Positions 12,093-25,996 of a stretch of DNA of 41,915 nucleotides are shown piece by piece; the first letter of the stretch is position 1; every line of letters starts with the position of its first letter. Under the pieces are notes generated by a model that was not told the DNA's origin, did not search any database, and saw only the letters and a program-made list of their open reading frames with translations. The position numbers were made by a program, and so were the translations under genes. Source of the stretch: Welwitschia mirabilis (lineage: Eukaryota). The stretch lies in contig JBOZIK010000001.1 of the NCBI GenBank assembly GCA_051453625.1, positions 28,538,049 through 28,579,963 of the forward strand, in the 5' to 3' direction.

Positions 12093-15000
12093 GTGTAGAA
12101 ACATGATGAATTTTAGTAAAAAGAGAAAATATCAGAGAGAGTGAAACTTAATCAAGGAAAAAATTAGAAAAGGATTATTTAACTTTGAGCAAAATCTAGG
12201 TATGCACACCCTAGGTATGCAAATTTTAAGAAGTGAAAAAGTGTTTTTTGCTTTTATTATGTTAGAGTAAAATTTCTTAAAAGAAAATTATGTAAATAAT
12301 AGTATAGAGGCAAATCATGTTATTTCTTTTTCATTTATGTCAAAATCAACAAAAAAAAGTATGTCACTTTATCTAGTATATTAATCATAATAAGAATTTC
12401 AACTTCAAATGAAAATGCTATGTTTAGAGATTTAATTACTAATAGAAAACATAAAATCCCAAATCCATTCAATTTACCTTCTAGTGATGATATAAAATTA
12501 AGAAACTTAAGTGCATATCCAACATTTTCAAAAAAAAACCTAAAGAGGACCCTTTTAAAAATGTAGTCAACATTGAATAACTTGAGCTTACCTTAGGGAA
12601 TGAAAAGAGATGTATTAGTCATTATACTTGCATGGTTTTCTTTCTAGTCATGGTTAGAGGAAAAGAAAAACTTTGTCTTAGAACCATTTCATACAAGAGT
12701 CTTAAATCATGGAGTCAAGTGTAAAAAGTTTTTATTAAAAGATTTTTAAGTGTAAGCACCATGAGAAAAAGAAGGAAGGAAGTTATCAACTTCTAATAAT
12801 AACCCCATGAAGAATATGCCACAACGTATGAATGTTTTTATCATAGTTATCCATTCCAATCCTATTGATGAATTATACAAAGAAGAATTAGTTAATTATT
12901 TATATAATGGATTAAATAGTTAAACTAAAAAACTTGTTGACTTTTCTTATGGTAGCAAGTTGGTGAACTTAGGCTTAGAGGATGCATGAAATGTATTGGA
13001 AAATATAATAGTATAAGTCAAACTTGATCAGAATCCACTAAGAAAAATTGAATTGTAGGTCAAATCATAAAAGATTTGAAGGAGGTAAAACATGATAAGA
13101 GAGAAAAGAGAAGTGATTCAATCAACTTAATTAAGAATTTTATTATAACTTTGGAAAAGTACATTGAATTTATAGTTGATGAAAAGGTAGTAAAACACAA
13201 AAGCATAAATTCATCATGTGATATTTATGAAGACAACTCTTATCCAACTAAATAATATCCCTTATTTCTAACTTTTAAAGATATGATGTTTGAAGAAGCA
13301 TGTGCATTCAATCAAAGAACACCTAACTTTAAAAGCCAATCATAATTTCAATAAAGATTAGATGGATAATCATGATGAAAAAATTTTAAGAATAGATTTA
13401 AAACTTCAATCTTTCAACCAAATCAAAATGATCCAGTTAGAGATTTCATAGAAGAATTAAAAAGGATGCAAGAAAAAACTATCAATAATATTGAAGACTT
13501 AGTAAATGTGCTTTAACAAACAATGCTTACCAATCAAAAACCATAAGGCTCTTTTGTATCTAAACATTTACCTAGTCCAAAATAAATTAGGAGAGATTTG
13601 AAGGTAGTAACAAGAAGTGAAAATGATCAACACCTCCTATCCATGAGGTCTCAACTTTCAAAATCAATGAAGAAAGTAATGAAGAACATGATGTAGAAAT
13701 TTTGGACTCATATAACTTTCCATTAACATCACATGCTAAGACCTTCACTAAAAATTCTTTATAGGAAAACAAAGTAAAGAAATCATCTATTCCTTGGCTT
13801 GATAGATTAAACATAAATTCCACCTATGATGACCACTTAAAGACCTCGATGCAAGAGGTAAACATTAACTTATATTTTTGGAAACTCTTGTGAGAAAATC
13901 ATAAATACCCTAAGTTGTGGAAAGACTTAGTAATAAGAAAAAAATAACATGTCATTCCTAGAAAAGTTTTTCTTGCTCAATCTATTTCCAACCTAGTTAT
14001 GAAAAGTGTCTTAAATTCAAAGACCTTGAAGTAAAAACTATAAGTATTACCTTAAAAGAAAATAAAGTAATTTGAAAATATTTAATTGACATAGGAGCTA
14101 GTGTAAACATCATGCTCTTCACATATGTAAAATAATTGAGGTGGAAAATAGAATATAACCTACACAAATCATCTTGGAACTAGCTAATACTTTAATTAAG
14201 AAATTCTTAGGGATTATTAAGGACCTAGTCATCCAAATAAATAAATATTTTTATCCCATAAATATACTCATCATTGAGGTAGAACATGATGAAGGTTATC
14301 CACTACTATTAAGAAGAGCCTTTTGTGAAACTGTCCATTGTATCATTAACACATGGACTAGAATGATGGAATGTCATATAGCAATAAGAATTTTACCATT
14401 CACATTTTTTATGTTTTTAAAGAAATAAGATATGAGTTTTACTTAGAATAAGTACTTGAAGCAATCTTGTTTTATAACATCATCCAATTGAGGAGATATT
14501 GATAATGTTAAATAAAGTAACTTTATATGATTACCTAACTAAAATACACTGTCTTAAGCCTAAGAGCGAGGAATTATCAACTAGGAGGAAATTCAACATG
14601 TTCACTTAGTTAGAAATCTTTTTGAAGAATGTTGTCTCATGTCTGTTATTCCCATAACAGATATGACAACAATTGGAAATTCATACTTAGATTTGAAGAA
14701 GTTGCCCAAGGGTTTAAAATATATTTTCCTTTCCAATAATTTAAAGAAACCTTTAATAATAAGTAATCTTCTTAATTTTCTACAAGAATCCAACTTGATC
14801 TCACTTTTAATTTAAATAAGATTCTTTTGCTTAGACTCATAAACATTTAGCTACCATCTCTCTTTCCATAGTCCAACACAAAATCTACCTTGAAGACAAT
14901 GCTAAACCTATTTGTTAGCCCTAATTAAGGCTAAATATAGCCCTTAAGCAAGTAGTTAAAGATGAAATTATTAAACTTATGGATGTTGGAATCATCTATG

Positions 15001-17553
15001 CTATATCCGATAGTGAGTGGGTTAGCCTTTTAATAGTATTTCCCAAAAAGTATGGGAAATAAAGAATGTGCATTGATTTTAGAAAACTTAATGAGGTTAT
15101 TAAAAAGGATCATTATCCTTTACCATTTCTTAATCAAGTTCTTGATACAATCCAAGGTCATGCCTACTATTAGTTTCTTAATGGATATAGTAGCTATAAA
15201 CAAGTTTGCATAGCAATGAAGACCAAGCAAAAACAAACTTTACCTTACCATTTAGAACCTTTTCCTTTAGACAAATGTCTTTTAGACTTTGAAATGGCCT
15301 TGGAAATTTTCAACAAGCAATGATGGGGATATTTTCTGATATGATAGAGGATTCTATTGAAATTTTTATGGATTAATTCTCCATCGTTGGTGAAATTTTT
15401 GAATAAGTCATATAAAGATTAGAGAAAGTCTTAGACTAATGTATAGAAAGTGTCCTACATTTGAGCTGAGAAAAATTTTCCTCCTTGTTAATCATGAAAT
15501 TATCCTAAGTCACCACATTTTGAAGGAAGGGGTTAAGATGGACCCTACAAAAGTTAATATCATTAAAAATTTTAGCCCTCCAACCACTGTCGAACAAGTT
15601 AGATCATTCCTTGGTTATGCTAGTTTCTATTATTGCTTTGTTCATGATTATATTAAAAAGTATAAACAATTTTACTCATTACTCAAAAGAGATGCTAAAT
15701 TTTATTGGAATAATTCATGTCAACTTGTGTTTGATAGACTTAAAAAAAGATTTCTTCTAAACATATTGTCACATGTCCCAAGTTTTAAACTCATGTGTGA
15801 TGCAAGAAATATTATTGTGGATGGGGTTCTTAGTTAAAAATATGAAAATGAATTTAATTTTATATTCTATCTTAGTAAAACTTTGTCCAAAGTCCAATCC
15901 AGCTACACTACTATTAAAAGAGAAATGCTTGTCATTATCTTTTACCTTTATCATCTTAGACACTATATTCTTGGCTTCCACATCAATATTTATATAGATC
16001 ATCTAGCCATATGCTATATATAACAAAGAAATATTCTACTACTAGACTTATTAGGTGAATCCTTCTCATGAAATAATTTATTCTCACCATCATCAATAAG
16101 GCTATTGCAGATTACTTATCTCAACTCTCTTATTTTCATGATGCACTACCCATAAATTATTCTTTTCTAGATGAAGAACTATTTATTATTGAATAATGTT
16201 ATGTCATCCCTTCTACTCATTCTTATCCTTGGTATGCTAATATTATAAACTACCTTATTACTATGAAAACAACTTAGCATTGGAATCATAACCAATGCAA
16301 ATCTTTTTTCCATAGGATCAGTGACTATGAGTGGAATAAACCCCATCTTTATAGAAGATGCAAAGATCAAATCATGTGTAAGTATGTGCATGAATGAGAA
16401 AGCGTAGAGATTCTTAACCTTTGCCATGGTTGGGTATGTGGGAGACATTTTAGTAGCCAAACGATTGCAATGAAAATTTTTCATATTAGTTTTCATTAAC
16501 CCACCCTTTTTAAAGACTCGTTTGAATTTTCTATAAGGTGTGATGCTTGCCAATCTTATGGTAGCCTAGCTCATTCTTAAGATATGCCCCTTAAACCTAT
16601 GCTTGAACATGAATTTTTTGATTATTGAGGATTTAATTTTATAGGCCTTATTAAACCACCTTTTTATGACAAAAATTAAATCTTAGTGGCTGTTGATTAT
16701 ATTACCAAATGGGTTGAAGTTATTCCTACTACCAAAAATGATGATTAAACTATTTATAACATTGTTCAAACTCATATCTTTCAACATTTTTGGTTTTTAT
16801 AGATTCATCATTGGTGATTAAGAAACTGATTTCATTAATTACCTTTTTCAAAAAAATATTTTATTCATTGGAATTAAACATATAATTGCATATGCTTATC
16901 ATCCACAAATTAATGGACAAGCTAAAAATGCGAATAGAGAAATTAAAAAGGTCCTTCAAAAATTAGTCTATGTTAGTAAGAAAGCTTGGTCCTCTAAACT
17001 TAATGAAGTTCTTTGAGCTTATTGTACTACTTAGTACAATTCTCTAGGTTTCTTACCACATGAACTTATGTACAAAAAATTTTGTGTCTTATTAGTTAAT
17101 GTTTGTTATAACTCAAATTGATCCACCATTAACTTAACCTTCTAAACTTGGATGAAAACCTTGGAAATTGATTAGCTTAAGTTAACCATTTAGATGAAAA
17201 ACATACTCATGTCATACATCATTAAATCATTCATAAAGCCTAAGCCAAGTTCAAAAATAACAAAAAGATTCTCCATAAGCAATTTGAACCTGGTCAACGT
17301 GTCCTTTTATACAATACCTAAGTACACCTATTACATAACAAGTCAACCTCTATATGGTTAACTCCTTATAGAAAAATTAAATTCTAATGGCTCAGTTGAA
17401 ATATTTGATTTAAACATTAGGGAAATTCAAAAAATCAATGGATAAAGGTTAAAAATTTATGAATTGTTTATTGATAAAACCTTAGACATGATAGAAGCAC
17501 TTGTCTTGGAAGCCCCTTTCAATGAGGAGGACCTTCCTATTGACATTATCTAA
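12093..17553 (+). pseudogene. gag-pol: gag-pol of element A (gag, protease, RT, RNase H, integrase)
   Basis: LIDIGASVNIM, PLLLRRAF, SDSEWVS, MCIDFRKLN, KDHYPLPF, IEIFMD*FS, VRSFLGYASFY, FKLMCDA, LVAVDYITKWVE, AYHPQINGQ, KING*RLKIY; stop at 17551. Confidence 0.92.
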
Positions 17554-19617
17554 ATTTCTTTTAACTCAATCCTTGGATAGACATCATGCTATTACTTGAA
17601 TATCTATAACTTAACTTACGTATTTACTTTATGAAGTTACCATGATTAGTAATATTTTATTTGGGAATTTTAAAATGATAATATTAGATTAATTTAATCT
17701 TAAGACATTCATATGTCTATCAACTTTACTTAGAAGAAAGATGCCTTGGTTCTTTTGTTATTTTTCAATGGTGTGATCAATTAGTTGTTTTTGGATGTTT
17801 TTATTTATTCCTCATCTCATTACTACACTTTTATCCTTATAAGTGTTTGATCATGCAGACTCTTTTCACTATAACAAAAAAAAAAAAAAAAGGAGGAGTA
17901 AAGAAAAGAAATAAACATCAAGTTCTTTCGTATTTGAGCTAAAATCATGGTCACCATGAAGTCCTACTATAATCACATCAAGGCCAACTTTCCCAAGAGA
18001 GACCTTTGGTAGTATGCTGTGGTAGCTATGGAAACTCTAGTAGGGGATCAATTAACCATGATGTGTGGGTTCTTACTCCTCTAATAGTGGTTCGACTTCC
18101 CTCATCATGGCAGAATAAATTTTACTTAGAGGCTATAAGAACAATGATGTTCCTCAACTCATCAAAGGCATTGCTTATTTTCTAGACTCATTTTGCATAT
18201 AGTCCTTTTATATGATCATTTTACTTTTTTAGATTTCAGTATCATTTTGACATGTGAGATAGTGAATTCATGTTTTAATAGCTTTTTATCTTATCATTCA
18301 TTATTTGATAATGCTAGATATATTTAACCTTGTCATAATCATTGCCTATTTGAATGTTATTTATAAGTTTTTACATACTATCATGCACTTTTCATAGGTG
18401 ATTTTATGATTTTTACCAAGAGAATTTGTTAGGTTAGAATTTAGGATAAGTAAATAATTTCCTTTATGTTCCTAATTATCCATTTTTATTTTGTATTCTT
18501 TAGCTATTTTATTATGTTTTTCAAAGCCATTTCCATACTTTTTCAATATAATACTATGGATCTAATCATACAGTAGTTTTTTTATTAATTTTTACTCATA
18601 GTTTCTATCCATGAGGGTTGTTGTTTCTTTTTTTAATAGGTAACTATGTCTTGAGTTTTTTGTTCATGCTTATTGAGTTAGGGCACATTTAAGGAGTTCT
18701 TTTCAGCATTACTTCCTTCTACTTAGTTCATTATTATGGTCTTATTCTTTCCTTTTTAACACCTGTTTTTCCATTAGTCTCTTTTCATCATGGTCATATT
18801 TTTAAGGATACTTCTTTACCTTTTACCTTCTTCCTGATTTTTTGCTATTTTTCTATTGCTTGACTGCTTTTAGATTCTTTTTAATCTTTCCTATCTTTTC
18901 AAACATCTTATTTGATTCATGTCATTTCACCTATTTTATCCCCATGACAGATAGGATGATAATCATTCATTTCAGTTTATTATAATCCGGGATGTCTTGC
19001 TTGTTGGTAGGTGCAAGACATCTTTTTAAACTTCTATTGAGGCATTAAAAAAACATTTTAAAATTAAAATAATGATTTTTGAGCTTTCATGATACATACT
19101 TATGATGAATTATTTTGATATGATTTCAAGTTATTTGAATAAATTTCATGAACTTTATCCAGCAAGAGCATAGTAGCACACTCATAGAGTTTTTCCATAG
19201 CTATGTTTCAAATCATCTAAAGGAAAAGAATGTTATGATTACTCTTTATACTTTACCCCTTATAGAATACAATAATAACTTACATGCATGATTCCTTGAG
19301 TTATCACTACTTAAGTTTTACACATCAATTTCAATATCAATATTCTAAATTATGCATACACATTATCATTTTTTGAGCTATCATTATTACATTTTATAAC
19401 TTTTTGTATGTGTATGAAATTTGTTTATTTTATTGCAATGTTTTTAAGAAGAGCACTTATAAATATGTCAGTAATTGTATTAGTTAATTGATTATTACTG
19501 TCTATTCCTGCATAGTAAAAATTAAACTCAAATTACATTTTTCTAGTTGTTGATTATCTTAGTTAAATTGGTTCGCAATATTATTGATTGCTCACTTTGT
19601 TAGGGACTGATAAGGCT

Positions 19618-19630
19618 AAGTAGGGGGATA
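19618..19630 (+). promoter_or_regulatory. PPT of element A
   Basis: gctaagtagggggata followed by tattg (decayed TGTTG); same context as 40698-40710. Confidence 0.75.
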
Positions 19631-19735
19631 TATTGNNNNNNNNNNNNNNNNNNNNNNNNNNNNNNNNNNNNNNNNNNNNNNNNNNNNNNNNNNNNNNNNN
19701 NNNNNNNNNNNNNNNNNNNNNNNNNNNNNNNNNNN

Positions 19736-19848
19736 CAAAAATGATTCAACCAACATGATTAAGAATTTCACTATCAGTTTAGAGAAGTACACTAAAATGA
19801 TAGTTGATATAAAGGTAGTAAAAAAGAAAAACACAACTTCAATATATG
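19736..19848 (+). pseudogene. gag: gag fragment of another family copy (host of element F)
   Basis: Aligns to gag at ~13110-13220 and ~29280-29385 and stops abruptly at the TGTTGTG of the next LTR. Confidence 0.8.
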
Positions 19849-20950
19849 TGTTGTGATGCCAATTTATAGGAATTTGATGATGTATTTTAAGTGCTTTTAC
19901 AAGACATTATATAGGTTTGGATGCAATATTAATGATTATGGAGAACTAACAACATCCTAAGCTTATTCTGATAGTTTATACTTTGGAAGAAGGATTTATC
20001 ATATAGTATATTAGTTTCATTTTGAGATTGAATATGAAGAATTCTGTTATCCCCACAATGGATAGAAAGATAAGACTGCTAACATGGATGGAGGTTGTGG
20101 AGTTGACTTTGGGGCTTGAAGATGATGGATCACCTATGACATGAAGTGAAATCGTCATTGTCATCCTCACAATAGTAAGGATAATAGCTATTTTCTATTA
20201 TGAAAAGAATTATCTTTGTAATGGAGTCATGTGATCCATTTGGGTTGCTAAGGTTTCTTTTTCAACTTCTAAGGTTAAGCTTTTAGAACTCCAATGTAAT
20301 ACTATAAATACCCTTTATTTTCTTTACTTTTTTTTTATATCTTTTGTACTTGATGTTTTTGTGATAAAGGATTAAAGGACAAGAGGTCCATTCAGTAGCT
20401 ACAAAGACAAGTTTACCGTAGTGTTTTACTAAGTATCCTCCATTAAGGTGCCCCATACTTTATTATAACTAGATGTAAAAGTTTCATGATCGATTTTAAT
20501 TACTCTTTTCACTACAATTATCTTTAAGTTCCTTATGGTTTTAGTTGATTATAGTTTAGTGATAATTCTATAATTTATTAAAATCATAAGGTCAAATTTT
20601 ATTAAGATTAATTTTGTTAGTTTAGATTTGCATTTCTATTTTATTTCAATTCCATATTGCATTCCATATTTTATTTGGAATATCTCATAGTTCATGTTGG
20701 TTAGGAGTAAGTGATGAACTTGTCTTAATTAATTTGAATTATAGAGAGCTAGTTTTTGTAACAAAAGAATTAAGATCTAAATAGAATCCATTTTATTTCC
20801 ATTCTCATTCATTGCATTTCATCTTCATTCATCATTGCACTATATTTTCATATTTTCTTACTTTCATTTATTAAAAAATAAAAAACTAAAAATAATTTAT
20901 GAAATTAATTCTCTAACTCTAAGCCTAGTACCTTCAATGAATTATGATAT
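19849..20950 (+). repeat. 5' LTR of F, left part
   Basis: tgttgtgatgccaattt start, TATA at 20302, similarity to 40711 onward ends at ttatgatat. Confidence 0.88.
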
Positions 20951-22003
20951 TATTACAGTGTGTATTTATGCAAGTGCTTAAGTTTAAAAAGATTCTATCA
21001 TTCATAAAATAAATAGATATCTTACACAATACAACACATTAGTATGAATGGAAGTAGACCTGAAATGTTGTATTCATATTAAAGTGTATGAGATGATACT
21101 TAGGTTGCTTTTCAAAAGAATATAAGAACTAGAAATAAAGGACAAACATAAGGAAATGAAGTACAATGCAAAATGAAAGATGCGACTATTCTAAATGCAA
21201 AATGAAACTAAAACTACTTGGTTTTAGCCTTAACAAATATTACCCTTAATAATCAATGTCATCCAAGAAATTATCACCAGATTAAGGGCAACATAGACTA
21301 TAAGGATCATCAGAAAATATATAATGAAAACATGAAAACAAAACAAGGTTTTGCATTTAAGAAGTAATAAGCATCCAAATTTAAAAATAGCCTAGTCTCA
21401 ATGGAGAATACATAGCCCTCCACAAAGTGCATGTTTTTCTACAACTCTTTCTTATTACAAGAATTTCTGATGTAATGAAGATGAAGAGGAGAATTGAAGG
21501 AGGACTTATTTATATGGAAATACAACAAAAAAAGACAAACAAAAGGCATGCCAAGGCACACTCATTTAGAATTCAAAAACAGATGAAACAGTCAAGGATT
21601 GCTATCAGAGTTAGTTACATGTTAGTGTCATCCTAATTGTCATTTGGATAATAAGGGAAATGCAACATATTATAAAAGATAGCTCAAAATGATGACTTAG
21701 TAGTGATTTAGCAGTTCATGTCAGTAGTCATTATCCTGCCTATTATGGAAATGATAGAGAGGATGATATTTTTGTTTAATCATTTTCTTGATGAGAAACT
21801 TAGCATTTTTGTTAATAATCCTTTTCCAAAAAATTTTTCATTAGAATGTTCCTTTAATACACTAAATCTAGATAAGAATAACATGTTTCTGAGATTTTCT
21901 ATTAAATATTCAAAATCCTCAGAATTTGACCTAAATTAATATAAAAGTTCTACAAAACAACTCAGAAAACCCCATCAAATAACCACCAATTGATAGTATA
22001 ACA
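20951..22003 (-). repeat. 3' LTR of E
   Basis: Direct repeat of 32795-33870; adjacent to the minus-strand PPT. Confidence 0.9.
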
Positions 22004-22016
22004 TAGCTCTCCACTA
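22004..22016 (-). promoter_or_regulatory. PPT of E
   Basis: Reverse complement tagtggagagcta followed by TGTTATAC. Confidence 0.7.
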
Positions 22017-23827
22017 ATCCTTTGTCAGTCTCTGAAAAAACCAGGTAAAAAACCATAATTACAAGCTATTTTTTTTAAATATAAATTTTAAAATTATAAA
22101 AAGGCTCATAAAACACATCACATAGATGAATGATAAGTAATGCATAATGTGTATGAAAATTTAAAAATTTTATTTCATGAAAGCTCTAAATTAAATTGAA
22201 ATTTTTTTGAAAATAAGCCACAGAAATGGGTCTCTGCTATCCCAGAAAAAAAAATATGTCTTGTATTGGAAAATAAAGCAATGAAAGTAAACGAGAGTAA
22301 AGTTAGGTAAAATAGAACAACCTTTTAAATGACGTACAAAGTTGAGTAATGTTAGATTTGAAAAATAGAGATTAATGAGATTTGAAATATAGAGATTAAT
22401 GAAATATTCTGATAGGTAAAAAAAGAGTGGGCAATAAAAATGTTCCATCACAAAAAGAATATGAGCAACACTTACAAAACCAAAAATCTAAAACTAAATA
22501 ACCATAAAATTTATTAAGGAGACTTATCTAAGAAAGAAATCAAATTTTTATTGAAAATTAAGTAAGGAAACATTGATAAGAAAATATGGTAATGACTTTG
22601 AAATAATCAATTGAGCTACACANNNNNNNNNNAAAAAAAAAAAAAAAAAAAAGAAGAATGGACAAAAGATAACATAAACAAATGATAGCTCAGCATCTAA
22701 TATTTTAACCTAGCAGACTCCCATGAACAAAAATCATAACATTACTTGCTTTTGAAAAATTCATAGCCTAATGTATAAACATGCCATTTAATAAGGTATT
22801 GGTTATGACAATGCTAAAGATAAAATGATTTATACAATAAATGATCAGACTAAATAATTACTCAAAAATAAACTCACCTATCATCATCTCAAAATAAACA
22901 TCTAAATCTTATGAAATGAAATGATCATGTGGGAAGACTAAGAGTTTATAAAATAAATAATACCTCTAATCACACCAGGAATACCATTAAGCCCATAACC
23001 TTAAAGTTTAGTATAACTTTTATTATCCATAATGAGGAGAGTTCCACCAAAATCAAAGAAGTAAGAACCGATGAAGCATAGCCAACTGAGCTCCCAGTGG
23101 AGTTCCCATAGCTATCATATTACACTGCTAAAGGCTCCTCTCAGAAATATTTGCCCCAATGTACTTGTAGTAAGACATTATTATAGTGACCATGTTTTTG
23201 AGATATCACAAATAGAAAACATCATAGTATTATTTCTCACTCTTTTTTTTATTTGTTGAAAAGAAAACAACATTTCACATGACCAAACACTTCAAAAGAC
23301 AAAGGTAAAAGTTATAAGACTAAGAAAGAAAAGAACACTCTTAAACAATCTAAGATCTTTTCTTCATTGAGAAAAACATAAAAAATAAAGCATCTTTTTT
23401 TGAATTAAAGTTCATGAACATGTGAATGTCCTAAGATTAGATGAATTTAATCTTATCACTAAAATGCCCAAGTCAAAAGACTAATCATAGAAATAAATAC
23501 ATAAATTAGGTTTGAAAAATGATTAAGTAATGCCATCATAGTCTTCTAAAGGAAAAAGCTAAGACGAAATTCAGATGGTTTTCTCATGTAATTACAAATT
23601 TTATCTATTTACTTTCTATAATTCTTAAGCATTCAAATTAGAAATTTCAACATATCCATAAAAATGTATTTTCTAAAAACAATAGAAAATGAAAATCATA
23701 ATTTTATTGACTATCGTCTTGATCATCGTTTAGGCTACATAGAGGACGATAGAGAGATAGAAACATAAAATTATTAAATAATATAGAAAATTAATAGAAA
23801 GCTAGAAGAACTGATAAAAGTGACTAT

Positions 23828-23931
23828 ATGATTGAGGAGGTGATAGATTATAATAACAGAAAGTAGAAGTATAGACTACAAAAAAAAATAAAAAATAAAA
23901 ACAGATAATAAAATCAAAAGCTATCAAAATA
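23828..23931. repeat. ~104-bp direct repeat, copy 1 (copy 2 at 26387-26490)
   Basis: atgattgag...tagaagtatagacta...cagataataaaatcaaaagctatcaaaata occurs at both loci. Confidence 0.85.
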
Positions 23932-25258
23932 TGTTGCTAAAATTTTTTGCAACATTAGATCAATTTTGGTTTTAATTTTTAATCTTCAAAATCGAGATAA
24001 ATCCAATGCAAGGAAGTGTTAAATCAAATAACTTTGAGATTCATCTAATATTCGTAGAAGTGGAGATATGACTAATGATTGTAAATTAAACCTAAGAGAA
24101 AAGATATTTTTACGNNNNNNNNNNNNNNNNNNNNNNNNNNNNNNNNNNNNNNNNNNNNNNNNNNAAGAGACTACTATATTCATCTAAATTTTTACATAAA
24201 TAAAATTTTCAAATGAAGACATGTTATAAACCTAACATTTTGTAGTCTTAAAAAGAATATAGTGACACTTGGGGAATAAAACTCAAAAAAAAAAGAAAGA
24301 TTTTATAGAAACTAATTTTCTTTTTGTTTTTTTTCTTAATTAAAATAGAAGCTTAAGCTCAAATTCACACATAATTTTTTAAAAAAAGAATTTTGGCACA
24401 AAGAATGAAACATTTTTTTAATGTAAAATGGCCTTCTTAATAGCATAAAAAGAAAAATGTATAATAATGATTTGATAAATTTTTAAAAAAAAAGAAAAAT
24501 AAGTTGAACCTGTCTCAAAATTAAATTGTCAGGATTTCCAAAAAAAAAAAATACAGAATAATGTTTTTATTTCAAAAAAAAGAACATCTCTTTTCTTCTG
24601 GGTAAAGAGAAATTGAAAAATCTGGAGATTATATAAGAAGCTTTACTTCTTATTGGTCTTGATTTCATCATTCGACAACTCTGTTGTTTGCCTTGAAACC
24701 TTCTTCTGTGTGTCGCTTGCTGCCTACCCTGCTCTTTTGATTTCTATTGTTTGCTGCCTACTCTGCTGTCTTCCGTGGCATAGCGCTTCTCTGTGATGTC
24801 TTCCGTTTTTTGAATCGTGCTCCTTACTTCTGTTGTCTTACCCTGTCTATTTGCTGCCGTTTGCATCTAGTGTTTTGGTGTTTCTGCTATCTGTGACCAT
24901 TTTTTTATGCACTCGTCCCTCTGTGAATGCCTTTATGGTGTCTATTCATCGCCTGTAGGAAATGCCCCCTTCTGGTATAGCATTTCTTCTTGCTTTCCAC
25001 CTCCTTGTTGCCTCTCCCTCTTCTGGCTCTGTCAATGCCCTGCCATTCTAATGGCATTTTTATTTGGTGTTAATCTTCCGTTTCTTTGATACATTCCAGT
25101 CTGTGCATTATGCTTTGGTGCACTTTCAGCCTTGCTTCCTGGGCGTTCCTCTGTTATCTCCTATTCTTTTATCTTTTTTTTTCTTTATCATGTGCTTTTG
25201 GAGGTGATGAGAAGAGGCAACGGATGCTCATTAATTCCAATATTGGAAAATTAGTTGA

Positions 25259-25996
25259 NNNNNNNNNNNNNNNNNNNNNNNNNNNNNNNNNNNNNNNNNN
25301 NNNNNNNNNNNNNNNNNNNNNNNNNNNNNNNNNNNNNNNNNNNNNNNNNNNNNNNNNNNNNNNNNNNNNNNNNNNNNNNNNNNNNNNNNNNNNNNNNNNN
25401 NNNNNNNNNNNNNNNNNNNNNNNNNNNNNNNNNNNNNNNNNNNNNNNNNNNNNNNNNNNNNNNNNNNNNNNNNNNNNNNNNNNNNNNNNNNNNNNNNNNN
25501 NNNNNNNNNNNNNNNNNNNNNNNNNNNNNNNNNNNNNNNNNNNNNNNNNNNNNNNNNNNNNNNNNNNNNNNNNNNNNNNNNNNNNNNNNNNNNNNNNNNN
25601 NNNNNNNNNNNNNNNNNNNNNNNNNNNNNNNNNNNNNNNNNNNNNNNNNNNNNNNNNNNNNNNNNNNNNNNNNNNNNNNNNNNNNNNNNNNNNNNNNNNN
25701 NNNNNNNNNNNNNNNNNNNNNNNNNNNNNNNNNNNNNNNNNNNNNNNNNNNNNNNNNNNNNNNNNNNNNNNNNNNNNNNNNNNNNNNNNNNNNNNNNNNN
25801 NNNNNNNNNNNNNNNNNNNNNNNNNNNNNNNNNNNNNNNNNNNNNNNNNNNNNNNNNNNNNNNNNNNNNNNNNNNNNNNNNNNNNNNNNNNNNNNNNNNN
25901 NNNNNNNNNNNNNNNNNNNNNNNNNNNNNNNNNNNNNNNNNNNNNNNNNNNNNNNNNNNNNNNNNNNNNNNNNNNNNNNNNNNNNNNNNNNNNNNT
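25259..25996. other. Assembly gap (others: 5493-5502, 19636-19735, 22623-22632, 24115-24164, 27617-27716, 39673-39682)
   Basis: Runs of N. Confidence 1.

Larger units (their letters stand above)
10407..19635 (+). mobile_element. Athila-like Ty3/gypsy element A (near full length; 3' LTR lost in the gap)
   Basis: LTR, PBS, gag-PR-RT-RH-INT, ~2 kb 3' region, PPT, then tattg and the N gap. Confidence 0.9.

Noticed and set aside
17876..17891. Poly-A runs (also 22633-22652 and 26029-26043) as LINE/SINE tails
   Set aside because: No TSD or non-LTR body seen; the first is an expansion of an A-rich tract also present in F.
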